The notes under the pieces are model-generated. The model worked only from the letters and a program-made list of their open reading frames with translations. It ran no database searches and was not told the origin of the DNA. Of a stretch of DNA of 64,000 bases, positions 52,880-63,029 are shown piece after piece (positions within the stretch are counted from its first letter, which is position 1; each line of letters begins with the position of its first letter). The translations under genes and the position numbers were made by a program. Origin of the DNA: Candidatus Marinacidobacterales bacterium (GTDB taxonomy: Bacteria; Acidobacteriota; Vicinamibacteria; Marinacidobacterales; DATDRI01); the NCBI GenBank assembly GCA_965219415.1, contig CBDCNP010000002.1, positions 3,296,001 through 3,360,000 of the forward strand. The letters are read 5' to 3'.

Positions 52880-53257
52880 ATGAGGCCCGTGTACATCCTG
52901 GCCGCCGAGGCCACAATCCTATTGCACTTGGCCTGGATCCTCTTCGTCATCACTGGGGCCTTTTGGTTACGCCGCCACCCCCGGTTGCAACTCGTCCACC
53001 TGCTCGCGGTCATCTATAGCCTGGCGATCGAAATCTTCCTTTGGATCTGCCCGCTGACTCACCTCGAGCAAGCATTTTGGAGGCGAGCCGGGGCTTCCGC
53101 TTACGAAGGAGCTTTCCTTATCCACTACTTGGAGAAGTTGATCTATTTCCGAGCTCCGCAGTGGCTCCTGGTAAGTTTGGCGATGCTTCTGCTCGCCGCC
53201 ACGGTAGGGCTCTACTTCCGTCCCCTCCCGCCTCGGAGCGCCGAGCGGGCGCGTTAA
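52880..53257 (+). CDS. DUF2784 membrane protein
   Basis: LHLAWILFV..G, ICPLTHLE, FLIHY. Confidence 0.8.
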   Translation: MRPVYILAAEATILLHLAWILFVITGAFWLRRHPRLQLVHLLAVIYSLAIEIFLWICPLTHLEQAFWRRAGASAYEGAFLIHYLEKLIYFRAPQWLLVSLAMLLLAATVGLYFRPLPPRSAERAR

Positions 53258-54273
53258 ACCTGTTGGGGTGCGAGGCGGTCTTCTTCTTCCGGCAGCCGAC
53301 GGTTCGAATCCGTGAAATAGGCTTCGAACACGTGAGAGACTTCCGGAAGGCTCTTCGAGGCGTAGATGTCCCGCCGCAGGGCGGCACCTCCCGGTAGGCC
53401 CTTCGAGATCCACCCGATGAGGGCCTTCACACGATTCACGACTAACTTGTCCGGCAGATACTCCTCGAGACTCTGGGTGAAAAACATGATCGCCTGTCGG
53501 TAGTCATTCATCGTGGGACGAGACGATTCCCTACCGCCGAGCTCGTCGCTCACTTGGCGAAACACCCAAGGGTTCTCGAGGGCGCCGCGGCCGATCATGA
53601 TGGCGTCCACACCGGTCTCGGCGACCATCGCTCGGGCATCCTTCGCGGATCGCACGTCTCCATTCCCGATGACCGGAATCGTTACCGCTTCCTTGACGTC
53701 TCGAATGACTTGCCAAACGGCCTTCCCGCGGTGTCGTTCACTGCGACAACGCGGGTGCACGGTGATGGCAGCGGCGCCGGCGTCTTCGAGCGCGCGGGCC
53801 ACCTCTCGGGCGTTGATGGAATCGTAGTCCCAGCCAGAACGGATCTTGGCGGTCACCGGGATAGTTGCCGATTTCACCATTTGAGAAATGAGCTGGCTCG
53901 CTCGCTTCACATCGCGCATGAGGGCCGCTCCCGCGCCGACCCGCGTCACTTTGGGAACCGGGCACCCCATGTTGACGTCGACCAGATCGGCACCAAACTC
54001 GTCGACCATATTGGCGGCGGCGGCGAGTCGCTCGGGATCGGTTCCGAACACTTGGACGCCTACCGGTCGCTCTTGGTGAGTCACGGCGGCGATCTCTCTC
54101 GAAGCCTGGCTACCCCGCGTCAACCCCTCGGAGCTAACCATCTCGGTCACCACCAGACCACAGCCGCCGAGCCGTCTCACCAAGCTGCGGAAGGCTCGAT
54201 CGGTATGCCCGGCAAGTGGAGCGAGTACCAAGGGCGGATTCACCTCGAGAGTATCGATGACCAGGGGCTTCAT
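53254..54273 (-). CDS. dusB: tRNA-dihydrouridine synthase
   Basis: LAPLAG, TEMVS, DVNMGCP, IPVIGNGD, MIGRG. Confidence 0.92.
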   Translation of the reverse strand: MKPLVIDTLEVNPPLVLAPLAGHTDRAFRSLVRRLGGCGLVVTEMVSSEGLTRGSQASREIAAVTHQERPVGVQVFGTDPERLAAAANMVDEFGADLVDVNMGCPVPKVTRVGAGAALMRDVKRASQLISQMVKSATIPVTAKIRSGWDYDSINAREVARALEDAGAAAITVHPRCRSERHRGKAVWQVIRDVKEAVTIPVIGNGDVRSAKDARAMVAETGVDAIMIGRGALENPWVFRQVSDELGGRESSRPTMNDYRQAIMFFTQSLEEYLPDKLVVNRVKALIGWISKGLPGGAALRRDIYASKSLPEVSHVFEAYFTDSNRRLPEEEDRLAPQQV

Positions 54274-54275
54274 AT

Positions 54276-54542
54276 CTACAATTCCTCGACCCGACTCTCT
54301 TCTACGATCCGGTACAGCTTGCGGGCTTCCGCCGCAGAGGGAGCCCTTTCAGGAATCTGCTCGACCTCGATCGTAAACCGCCGGTTCCAAAGCCTCAAAC
54401 CGAGCCGGTCTCCGGGCGCGACTTCCTTGCCCGCCCTCGCCGGCCTCCCGTTGAGAGTTACTGCTCCCTCTTCACAAAGCTCCTTGGCAAGCGTTCGACG
54501 CTTCACCAGTCGCGATTGCCTGAGGAAGTTATCTACTCGCAA
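54276..54542 (-). CDS. S4-domain RNA-binding protein (RqcP/YabO-like)
   Basis: MRVDNFL..SRLVKRRTLAKE. Confidence 0.85.
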   Translation of the reverse strand: MRVDNFLRQSRLVKRRTLAKELCEEGAVTLNGRPARAGKEVAPGDRLGLRLWNRRFTIEVEQIPERAPSAAEARKLYRIVEESRVEEL

Positions 54543-54580
54543 TCACCGAATCCACCAATTACTGGGGCAAATATTGGCCC

Positions 54581-55606
54581 TTACCGGCCGGGAGTCTCAC
54601 CTGCACCTTGTGCTTCCGTACCAGGCTCACCGGGCGTAGCGGTGCCCTTGGGTTTAGGGTCGAGCTGGATCACGATGATGGCCTGCTCGCGGAGCGTGGT
54701 GATGTATTTCTTGCTTTGTTCTTGAACCTTTTCTTGATAGATGGAGTCGGCGATCGTTTTGCGCACGTCTTCGACCGGCAGGGTCTGCTCCTCTGTCTTT
54801 TCCTCCACCTTCACGATGTAGAACGCAGACCCCATGCGGAGCACTTCACTCATCTCACCCGGGGCGAGGTTGAAGGCCACCTCGTTCAGCGGCTCGGCGA
54901 GCTCACCCTTTTCGAAGAAACCCAGATCGCCGCCCGCGTCACGCGTTGAAGAGTCTGAATGAAGTCGAGCCACTTCGGCAAAGCTCGCTCCTTGCACGAG
55001 ATCTTCATGGAGGCGCTTCGCCTTGTCGACGGCCTCGAACTCGCTGCTCGCATCGAACCGTACGACGACCTCACGAAGCCGAACCTTCGACGGCTCGGTG
55101 TATTCGGCGATGTGCTCCTGATAGTACTTTTCGATCTCCGGCTCGTTTACAGAAACCTTGTTGTCCACCTCGATGCGGCGGATCTCCTGAATGAGAAGGC
55201 CCCGTTCCCACTGTTTCTTGAACTGGCTCATGTTCATTCCTTGAAGTTCCATTTGGCGGACCAGTTCCGATTCGGACTCGAGGTTCATTTCCTCCATGAC
55301 GTTGGCCTTCCACTCTTCGAAATAGCGTGGTGGCACCTCGAGGCCTCTTTCGGTAGCGAGCTGTAGGACGAGCATGTTGTCGATCATGCTCTGCAGGATT
55401 TCGGGACGCAGCTCTGCCATTCGGGTTCGCTCCTCCTCTGGGCTCGGCGCCGGTCCCATCTGTTCGAGGACACTTTGGATCTCACGATCGAGTTGGGTCT
55501 TGGTGATGATCTTGCCGTTCACTTTGGCCACAACACGTTCTACTAATTCGGGTTGAGACGCGCCGAGCGTTCCGGCCAACGCGATTGCTATGATTGTGTG
55601 TGTCAT
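54581..55606 (-). CDS. SurA-like parvulin PPIase
   Basis: VVAKVNG.II, FAEVAR.HSD....GGDLG. Confidence 0.88.
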   Translation of the reverse strand: MTHTIIAIALAGTLGASQPELVERVVAKVNGKIITKTQLDREIQSVLEQMGPAPSPEEERTRMAELRPEILQSMIDNMLVLQLATERGLEVPPRYFEEWKANVMEEMNLESESELVRQMELQGMNMSQFKKQWERGLLIQEIRRIEVDNKVSVNEPEIEKYYQEHIAEYTEPSKVRLREVVVRFDASSEFEAVDKAKRLHEDLVQGASFAEVARLHSDSSTRDAGGDLGFFEKGELAEPLNEVAFNLAPGEMSEVLRMGSAFYIVKVEEKTEEQTLPVEDVRKTIADSIYQEKVQEQSKKYITTLREQAIIVIQLDPKPKGTATPGEPGTEAQGAGETPGR

Positions 55607-55653
55607 GATTTTTCTGGCCTCTTGATGACTGTTCACTGATTGCTGATAACTGG

Positions 55654-56628
55654 TCACTGTTTGCTTGCCGACGCGTCGCCGCGCGGCCGGATGTCATACC
55701 CATTGCGATTCATAAACGGGAAATCCAACTGCTCCGTGTCGATCCAGACCGGATAATGTTTCTCTAGGTCTTCGACAAAAAGTGCTAAGGCCTCGTCGCT
55801 CTTTTGGCGCAGTAGCTCAACCCGGATAGCCTCTTTTACCTCTTTCAGCGGCAAGTCGCGTGCCGGAAACGTTTGATCGACGCGGAAAATGTGAAACCCG
55901 AAGTCTGTCTTAACGACCGGAGTCAGCGTTCCTTTCTTGATTCCGAACACTTCTCTCTCGAAAGATCCGGGCAGCTCGCCACGGCGAAACGCGCCGAGGC
56001 GACCTCCGTTAGCGGCCTCGGGCCCTACCGAATACGCTCGGGCCAGCTCTTCGAAGCGAGATTTGTCAGTGGTCAAGTCGTGGCGCAGCCGATTCGCCTC
56101 CTCTTCTTCCTCAACCAGAAGCTGGGAAATCGCAACCGCCTCGGGGCGCTTGTAAAAGATACGGTTCGCCTCATAGTAGGCAGCGATCTCTTCTTCGGTA
56201 ACCTCAACGTCTCTCAAGATTTTAGCATCCATGAGCTTCTTGAGCGTCAGGTGGGCAGTCAGGTCACGAGAACTACCACCCACCGGTTCCTCTGACTCGG
56301 CCGGTCGAACTGGCTCCGGCCTTTCTAAGCCCGGCACCAACTGGGCGCGGAGCGCTTCGACCTCCCCGGGAGCCACTTCGATCCCCTCATCCTTGGCGGC
56401 TCGCAGCAAGAGCAACTCCTCGATGAGCTGTTCCAACAAGGCCGATTTCAGCTCGCCTCCGACAAGGGGAACGTCTTCCTCGCTAACCGCTCGGACGTAA
56501 GCTTCGAACTCGGACCGGGGCAGGACGTCGCTACCAACCTCTGCGATCATCGGATCCGCCGGGGGTTCTGAGCAACCCAATAGCGGCACAACAAACCCCA
56601 AAAATGTGGCCGCTTCCAGCCACCTCAC
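55654..56628 (-). CDS. PrsA-like parvulin PPIase lipoprotein
   Basis: Lipobox LLGC; FEELAR.YS...NGG.LG; KTDFGFHI. Confidence 0.88.
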   Translation of the reverse strand: MRWLEAATFLGFVVPLLGCSEPPADPMIAEVGSDVLPRSEFEAYVRAVSEEDVPLVGGELKSALLEQLIEELLLLRAAKDEGIEVAPGEVEALRAQLVPGLERPEPVRPAESEEPVGGSSRDLTAHLTLKKLMDAKILRDVEVTEEEIAAYYEANRIFYKRPEAVAISQLLVEEEEEANRLRHDLTTDKSRFEELARAYSVGPEAANGGRLGAFRRGELPGSFEREVFGIKKGTLTPVVKTDFGFHIFRVDQTFPARDLPLKEVKEAIRVELLRQKSDEALALFVEDLEKHYPVWIDTEQLDFPFMNRNGYDIRPRGDASASKQ

Positions 56629-59600
56629 GTCCTGGCCTCCTTCTCCCGCAGGCTAGCTCCTTCCATCTTAGGGTAGGGAGAGAGTTCGAGCAAAACTTCC
56701 CTCACTCGAAGGAGAATGTCGACAGCCCCGGTTCGAGTAAGGGGTAGCTTGAGGACACCCCCCGGCGTCATCCGCGCCCCCTCGAGATCCCCTGCGAGCT
56801 TGACCAAGTTCATTGGGTCCACAGGAGACGCGGGGTCGAATCGAAAGGCCAGCAGGTCGCCCTCGCGTTCGATCGCCACCACCCGCAAACGCTCCGCCAA
56901 GAGTCTGAGGCGAGCGTACTCGAATAGTCTTCCGAGCGAGTCCGGAATCGCTCCGTAACGATCTCCGATCTCCGAGGCCAACGCTTCGATGGTATCGGAG
57001 TCGCTGGCCGTGGAGACACGCTTGTAAACCGACATGCGTTGATTGATATCGGCAATAAACGACTCGGGGATCTTCAGATCTACCTTGAGGTTCAAGGAGG
57101 ATCGAGCCAGCTCCGCCTCTTCCCCGGACACCTCCTGAATCGTCTGCTCCAAGAGCTTGCAGTAGAGATCGAAGCCCACCGCATCGATGTGCCCGTGTTG
57201 TTCTCCGCCGAGTAAGTTCCCCGCCCCTCGCAACTCCAGATCCAGCGCCGCGATGCGAAAACCGGCGCCGAGATCGCTAAACTCGCGGATCGCGGCGAGC
57301 CGGCGCCGCGCAATGGGGGTCAAAGCGCTCTCATCGGGAACGAGGAAATAGGCATAGGCTCGCCGGTTGGAGCGGCCGACGCGGCCGCGGAGCTGATAGA
57401 GCTGGGAGAGGCCGAAGCGGTCGGCACGATTGACGATCAGGGTGTTGACAAGCGGTATGTCCAGACCGTTCTCGATGATGGTCGTGCTGACCAGCACATC
57501 GAACTCCTGCTGGATGAATCGAAGCATGGTCCGCTCGAGATCGGCCTCTTTCATTTGGCCGTGGCCGACTCCGATTCGAGCCTCCGGCACGAGCCGCTGC
57601 AGAAAAGATGCCATCGAATAGATCGAACTCACCCGATTGTGAACGAAGTAAACCTGACCGCCTCGTCCCAGCTCGTAGCGCAGAGCCTCAGCCAAGATTT
57701 TGGAGTCCAAGCGCGTGATGTAGGTCTGAATCGCCATCCGATCCTTCGGCGGTGTCTCGATAACGGAAAGATCGCGGATTCCAGAGAGCGACATGTGGAG
57801 CGTGCGCGGGATGGGAGTGGCGGTCATCGCCACGCAGTCCACTTGCTTGCGAAGCTGCTTCAACCTTTCTTTGTGCCCGACGCCGAAACGCTGCTCTTCG
57901 TCCACCACGAGAAGGCCCAAGTCCTTGGGTTGAACGTCCTTCGAAAGGAGACGGTGCGTTCCGATCACCACGTCAATGGCACCGGCGGCGAACTCCTTGA
58001 CGATTTCTTTCTGCTCCTTCGGCGTGCGAAACCTAGAAAGCATCTCGATTCGAACCGGAAAAGCGCTGAAGCGTGACCGGAAGGTATGAAGATGTTGAAA
58101 CGCTAGAACGGTGGTGGGGACGAGAACCGCCACCTGTTTTCCATCCATCACCGTCTTGAAAGCGGCGCGCATCGCGACCTCAGTCTTCCCATAGCCCACA
58201 TCGCCACAGAGGAGCCGATCCATAGGGAAGGGTGCCTCCATGTCACGCTTGACCTCTTCGATGGCCTGCGCCTGATCGACTGTCTCCTGATACTCGAACT
58301 GATCCTCGAGCTCGCGCTGCCAATGAGTATCGGGGGCGAACGAGTGGCCGGGTATGGCCTTGCGTGCGGCGTACAGCTTCAGGAGCTCCTGCGCCATGTC
58401 CCGCGTCGATTTCTTCACCCGGCTCTTGACCCGCTCCCACCCCGTACCGCCCAGCTTTTCGATACGCGGTTTCTGGGCCTCGGCGCTCGAGTACTTCTCG
58501 AGCAGGTCGAGCTTCTCTACCGGAACGTAGAGCTTGTCCCCTCCCAGGTACTCGAGAATGACGAACTCGCCGCTCCCCGACTGAGGCCCTATTTGACGAA
58601 GGCCGGTGAAGACACCGATCCCGTGATCGGCATGGACGACGTAGTCACCGACCTTCAAGTCCCTAAAGTCGGAAAGAAAACGACCGAGCTTGCGCGAACG
58701 CCTGCGCTCCGGCCGTGGAGGCTCTTCGAAGACGTCTCTCCCCGCAAACACCGCCTGACGGAGCGAAGGAAGGAGGAAACCGTGCGAGAGATTACCGATG
58801 TGAAGCACCACCGTCCCGGAAGCTTGCGATTCTTCGGAGGCCATCGCGGCAGAGATTTTCGCTTCTTCTAGAATCTCGATCAGCCGCTCCGCCAGCCCCC
58901 GGTTCCCGACAAAGACATGAATGTGACGGTCGTTGTCGAGCTGCTGCCGGATCTCGGCGAGGAAATCCTTGACCCTTCCCCGGAAGGAGGGAAGCAACTG
59001 GCTCGGCAGGTGAAGGGAGCCAGCACTGCCTGCGGACTCATCCATGACGTCCATCTCTTGGATGGTCACCGAACGGTTGCCGAAGTGGCGGGACAGATCC
59101 TCGGGAGTCAGGAGAAGCTCCGCCGGCTCTGGATAGGCGGTCTCGCCGTTGGCCGCGAGTTCTTCGTAGCTCTCGAGGACGCGCTCCCATTCTGACGCCA
59201 CTTGCCGGGTGATCTCAGCCGGCTCTTCGACGAGGAGCGTACCGTCCTGCAGATAGTCAAAAAGGGTCGCGCGATACTCTGCAAGGTGGGAAAGAACGAA
59301 GGAAGTTCCGGGGGGAAAGCCTTCTCCGTCGAGCCTTGCCTTCAACTCGGGGTCGTCACCGGACATCTCCAGCAGGCGGTCGATGAGGCGTTGACGCTCG
59401 CTTTCTCCGAAGATCCACTCTCGAGCCGGGTAGATGTCAGCCGATTCGAGCGAGCCGGTGGTACGCTGGCTCTCGGGGTCAAAACTCCGGATTTCTTCCA
59501 GGGTGTCACCCATGAACTCGAGTCTCAGCGGTTCGGTGCGCGAGGGCGGATAGATGTCCAGAATCCCTCCCCGTCGCGCAAAATCACCGGGGCTGACAAC

Positions 59601-60119
59601 GGGGTCCTCGTGCAGATAGCCGGAGTCGACGAGCGTGCGTTCAATGTCACTGGGCTCAATGATCTGCCCACTGCGAAGCGAAAGTATCCCCTTCGCAAAA
59701 ATCTGAGGAGACGCGGTTCGAAAGAGGAGTGCTGCAGCCGGTGCGATGAATAGCGCCGGTGTCTTTTGCAGCAAAGCTGCCAGCGCTCGCGCGCGTGCTG
59801 CGGTGATGTCGAAGTGCGGAGAGAGCCCGCGGTAAGGGTCAACCTCCAACGCGGGAAAAGGGAATATCTCTCGTTCGATTCCCATCGACGCGAGAAAAGC
59901 CGCCACGTCGGAGGAGACTTCCGCGACCCGCCTCTCGTGCGAAACAACGAGGAGGACCGGGCCTTGCTCTGAGGCGGCCAGAGTGGCTTCGACCAACGAG
60001 CGAGCCGGCCCCATGAGCCCGCTGACTCGTCGGCTGCCCCCTGAAGTCGCGAGGCCGGAGCGAATCTCGGCAAGCCCCACGTCCTCCAGAACGCGCGCCA
60101 GCTCGTGAGTCTCCAACAC
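56625..60119 (-). CDS. mfd: Transcription-repair coupling factor
   Basis: GDYVVH..HGIG, GDVGYGKT, DEEQRFG, TATPIPRT, QLRGRVGRS. Confidence 0.97.
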   Translation of the reverse strand: MLETHELARVLEDVGLAEIRSGLATSGGSRRVSGLMGPARSLVEATLAASEQGPVLLVVSHERRVAEVSSDVAAFLASMGIEREIFPFPALEVDPYRGLSPHFDITAARARALAALLQKTPALFIAPAAALLFRTASPQIFAKGILSLRSGQIIEPSDIERTLVDSGYLHEDPVVSPGDFARRGGILDIYPPSRTEPLRLEFMGDTLEEIRSFDPESQRTTGSLESADIYPAREWIFGESERQRLIDRLLEMSGDDPELKARLDGEGFPPGTSFVLSHLAEYRATLFDYLQDGTLLVEEPAEITRQVASEWERVLESYEELAANGETAYPEPAELLLTPEDLSRHFGNRSVTIQEMDVMDESAGSAGSLHLPSQLLPSFRGRVKDFLAEIRQQLDNDRHIHVFVGNRGLAERLIEILEEAKISAAMASEESQASGTVVLHIGNLSHGFLLPSLRQAVFAGRDVFEEPPRPERRRSRKLGRFLSDFRDLKVGDYVVHADHGIGVFTGLRQIGPQSGSGEFVILEYLGGDKLYVPVEKLDLLEKYSSAEAQKPRIEKLGGTGWERVKSRVKKSTRDMAQELLKLYAARKAIPGHSFAPDTHWQRELEDQFEYQETVDQAQAIEEVKRDMEAPFPMDRLLCGDVGYGKTEVAMRAAFKTVMDGKQVAVLVPTTVLAFQHLHTFRSRFSAFPVRIEMLSRFRTPKEQKEIVKEFAAGAIDVVIGTHRLLSKDVQPKDLGLLVVDEEQRFGVGHKERLKQLRKQVDCVAMTATPIPRTLHMSLSGIRDLSVIETPPKDRMAIQTYITRLDSKILAEALRYELGRGGQVYFVHNRVSSIYSMASFLQRLVPEARIGVGHGQMKEADLERTMLRFIQQEFDVLVSTTIIENGLDIPLVNTLIVNRADRFGLSQLYQLRGRVGRSNRRAYAYFLVPDESALTPIARRRLAAIREFSDLGAGFRIAALDLELRGAGNLLGGEQHGHIDAVGFDLYCKLLEQTIQEVSGEEAELARSSLNLKVDLKIPESFIADINQRMSVYKRVSTASDSDTIEALASEIGDRYGAIPDSLGRLFEYARLRLLAERLRVVAIEREGDLLAFRFDPASPVDPMNLVKLAGDLEGARMTPGGVLKLPLTRTGAVDILLRVREVLLELSPYPKMEGASLREKEART

Positions 60120-60124
60120 CGACC

Positions 60125-60625
60125 TTACCCGCCGTCTTCACGTTTGTTCTGGCCTCTGACGACCACGTCAATGAGACTGGAGGTGGAATAACCAGGAGAA
60201 AAAGGGAGCGATAAAACGCGCCCTCCGTAGGCTTCGACCGTGTCCCGGCCGACGATCTGATCGGTCGACCAGTCTCCCCCCTTTACCAGAACGTCCGGCA
60301 TCAGCTCCTGAATCACTCGCGCCGGTGTCTCTTCATCGAACGCTACGACGTAATCCACCGCCGCGAGGGCCGCCAAGATTTCCATCCGTTCCGCGAGGGG
60401 AAGGACCGGTCGTCCCTCCCCTTTCAGCGCGGCGACGGTACGATCCGCGTTGACCACCACAACGAGTCGATCTCCTTGCGCCCGCGCCTCCGCCAGGTAG
60501 CGAACGTGTCCCGGGTGAAGCAGGTCGAAACAACCGTTGGTAAAGACGAGGCGGATGCCGGCGGCGCGGAGCCGTTCGCGCTCTTTTCTCATGGCCTCGG
60601 AGTCGAGGAGCTTCGCGTCACTCAT
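60125..60625 (-). CDS. rfaE2: Heptose-1-phosphate adenylyltransferase (RfaE domain II)
   Basis: VFTNGCFDLLHPGH, LKGEGRP, PDVLVKGGDW, GYSTS. Confidence 0.92.
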   Translation of the reverse strand: MSDAKLLDSEAMRKERERLRAAGIRLVFTNGCFDLLHPGHVRYLAEARAQGDRLVVVVNADRTVAALKGEGRPVLPLAERMEILAALAAVDYVVAFDEETPARVIQELMPDVLVKGGDWSTDQIVGRDTVEAYGGRVLSLPFSPGYSTSSLIDVVVRGQNKREDGG

Positions 60626-61935
60626 TCTTCTTCGGGCAGCTTCATGACGATATTGGAAGAAAACTCCCAACGGTGAATGGGCCGATAGATTCCAGTATCC
60701 TTGATTCGCGAGTTGACGCGGAACGTATGGAGGGCGCGGTGGTAATCGAAGGGATAACCATCTCGCTGATGAGCGGCCACGTCCAAGAAGTAGGTCCCTT
60801 CCACGAGATCCAATCGACCGAGGATAAGGCTCACCTCGCCTTCCCCTGAAAGCGAGACCGGCGCGAACTCCTCGATTTGGGTATTGGTTCCATAGCAGCA
60901 AATACCATCGGCGTTGAAGATCCCGACCCCGAACACGAAATCCTTGATGGTTCCGCTGCTCCTTATTTTCAACCGGATGCTCACCGGCTCTCCGGTGTCG
61001 AAGACGTGACGGGGCTGACCGTCTCCTCCGATCAAGGCGGCTTCGCTGATCTCCACCTCTCGAGAGCCCCAACGGCCTTTTTCCCGCGTGGAAGACTCTT
61101 CTTTCTCGGAATCCACCGACTCCTGCTGCGGCTCGGCAAACTCGGCTACGGCTTGTTCCTCCGCAGCCGCCAGTGCACCCTCTTCGAACGACGTGACCTG
61201 TGCCAAGTACGCATCCACCACTTTCTTTGGATCGCCGCGCACCTGGATCTTTCCTCCGTCCAGCCATAACGCCTCGTCGGCGAGCTTCTCCACCAGCCCG
61301 AGGCTATGCGTTACCAGCAAAATCGTCTTCCCCCTCCGGCGGAACTCGCTAATTTTGTCGAGGCATTTGTGTACGAATGCTTGGTCCCCCACCGCAAGCA
61401 CTTCGTCGATGATGAGCACGTCGGGGTTCACGTGGATGGCTACAGCGAAGCCGAGCCTCATATACATGCCGGAGGAGTAGGTCTTGACGGGAGCGTCGAT
61501 GAACTCCTCGAGCTCGGCGAACGCCACGATCTCCGAGAAACACTCGGTAATCTCACGCTTGCTGAGTCCGAGCATGATCCCGTTGATGAAAACATTCTCC
61601 CGCCCTGTTATTTCGGGGTGGAAGCCCGCCCCCAACTCGATGAGCGCCGAGATTCGCCCCTTGACCTCCACCTCTCCAGAAGTAGGTTTGGTGATGCCGG
61701 CGAGGACTTTGAGTAGGGAGCTCTTCCCAGATCCGTTTCGCCCGATGATGGCAAACGTCGAGCCCTCCCATACGTTGAAGGTCACGTCGGACAGGGCGGA
61801 AAAGGTCTCCTCCGGTTTGAGGTCATCGATCAAGCTGCCCGTGAGTAAAGCGCTCTTTAGCGTGCGGAACTGCTTGCGGTGTGCATAGCGCTGATAGACC
61901 TTCGACAGATCGGAAACGCGAACCGCTATGCCCAC
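60622..61935 (-). CDS. wzt: Polysaccharide ABC exporter ATPase with Wzt_C domain
   Basis: GRNGSGKS, YSSGM, IIDEVLAVGD. Confidence 0.92.
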   Translation of the reverse strand: MGIAVRVSDLSKVYQRYAHRKQFRTLKSALLTGSLIDDLKPEETFSALSDVTFNVWEGSTFAIIGRNGSGKSSLLKVLAGITKPTSGEVEVKGRISALIELGAGFHPEITGRENVFINGIMLGLSKREITECFSEIVAFAELEEFIDAPVKTYSSGMYMRLGFAVAIHVNPDVLIIDEVLAVGDQAFVHKCLDKISEFRRRGKTILLVTHSLGLVEKLADEALWLDGGKIQVRGDPKKVVDAYLAQVTSFEEGALAAAEEQAVAEFAEPQQESVDSEKEESSTREKGRWGSREVEISEAALIGGDGQPRHVFDTGEPVSIRLKIRSSGTIKDFVFGVGIFNADGICCYGTNTQIEEFAPVSLSGEGEVSLILGRLDLVEGTYFLDVAAHQRDGYPFDYHRALHTFRVNSRIKDTGIYRPIHRWEFSSNIVMKLPEEE

Positions 61936-61939
61936 TTCG

Positions 61940-62719
61940 TCATACCTCCTCGGCGTAAGTGTCCCGCAAGCGATCAAAAAAGGCGTAACCAACCAAGAAG
62001 GCTACCACCGACCCCACCGACACCGCCAAGAGCCAAGGCCAATGCCCCAGGCTTCCGGTAAAGAGGGTCTGGTGATAGCCCACGAGAATGTGGGTCATCG
62101 GGTTGTAATTCAGCCAGCGCTGGATGTTGGGAGAGATATCCAAGTACGGGTAGATGACCGGGCTCGAAAAAAACCACAACATCATCAGATTCGCCATGAT
62201 GTTTTGAACGTCTCTAAAGTGAACCGATAGCGCCGAGAAGAAAAGAGATACCCCAAGAGTGAAGACGAGCTGGATAAGAATCACGGCTGGCAGGAACACC
62301 AACGCCACATGGATCTTTCCGAAGTAGATTAGGAACGCGAACAGGATCGGAAGCCCGAGAAAGAAATGAACCAGGTTCGAGAGCACTACCACGAACACCA
62401 GCACTTCGGCGGGGAAGAGGATCTTCTTGATGAGATTTCCGCTGGTAATGAGAACGTTTGAAGACTCCAGAACCGAGGAGCTGAACCACGTCCAGGGGAG
62501 AATGCCTGTAAAGAGAAATAGAGGATAGGGTTCGACCTGGAAGCGACCGGGCAGCACGTAAGCGAAGACGAATGTATAAATGAGCAGCTGAAGAAGTGGG
62601 TTGATGAATGACCAGAAAAAGCCCAGAACCGACCCGCGATAGCGGGCCTTGAGCTCGCGCACCACGAGGCTATGAATGAGCACGCGGTAGCGGACGAGGT
62701 TTCGTAAGTTCTTGAGCAT
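61940..62719 (-). CDS. wzm: Polysaccharide ABC exporter permease
   Basis: RELKARYRGSVLGFFWS..NP, FRDV, NPM. Confidence 0.92.
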   Translation of the reverse strand: MLKNLRNLVRYRVLIHSLVVRELKARYRGSVLGFFWSFINPLLQLLIYTFVFAYVLPGRFQVEPYPLFLFTGILPWTWFSSSVLESSNVLITSGNLIKKILFPAEVLVFVVVLSNLVHFFLGLPILFAFLIYFGKIHVALVFLPAVILIQLVFTLGVSLFFSALSVHFRDVQNIMANLMMLWFFSSPVIYPYLDISPNIQRWLNYNPMTHILVGYHQTLFTGSLGHWPWLLAVSVGSVVAFLVGYAFFDRLRDTYAEEV

Positions 62720-62749
62720 GACCTAGTGCTCGACCTGGCTTAATTCCTC

Positions 62750-62815
62750 CCCGCCTCCGCCCGGGAAGTCACTAACGGCTTCGTCGGGTCCCGCCGTAGC
62801 CTTGGCGAAGGCGGA
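62750..62815. repeat. REP-like palindrome
   Basis: gtcccgccgtagccttggcgaaggcggac, a motif type recalled from Acidobacteriota/PVC genomes; single copy here. Confidence 0.4.
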
Positions 62816-63029
62816 CCGGCCGGCGGCCCTGACGGGACGCAACCTGATAGCCTTGGGGCAAGTTGCGATTTGTAGCATCCCAGCAACTCCTTGTCAAACC
62901 AGCAACTTAGAGCAAGATGGTGTGCGGAGGTTCGGACGGAAGCGCCGTGCCTTGACCTGTGCTCGGGAAGGCGCTATATCCGACGACAATGCATCCTAGT
63001 GTGAATGATCAGGGAGGTCCCAACTCGTG

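Noticed and set aside
60626-61267. Long N-terminal extension of rfaE2 (likewise moaA 48697-48936)
   Set aside because: The rfaE2 extension overlaps wzt in another frame; homology begins at 60625 for rfaE2 and 48937 for moaA.
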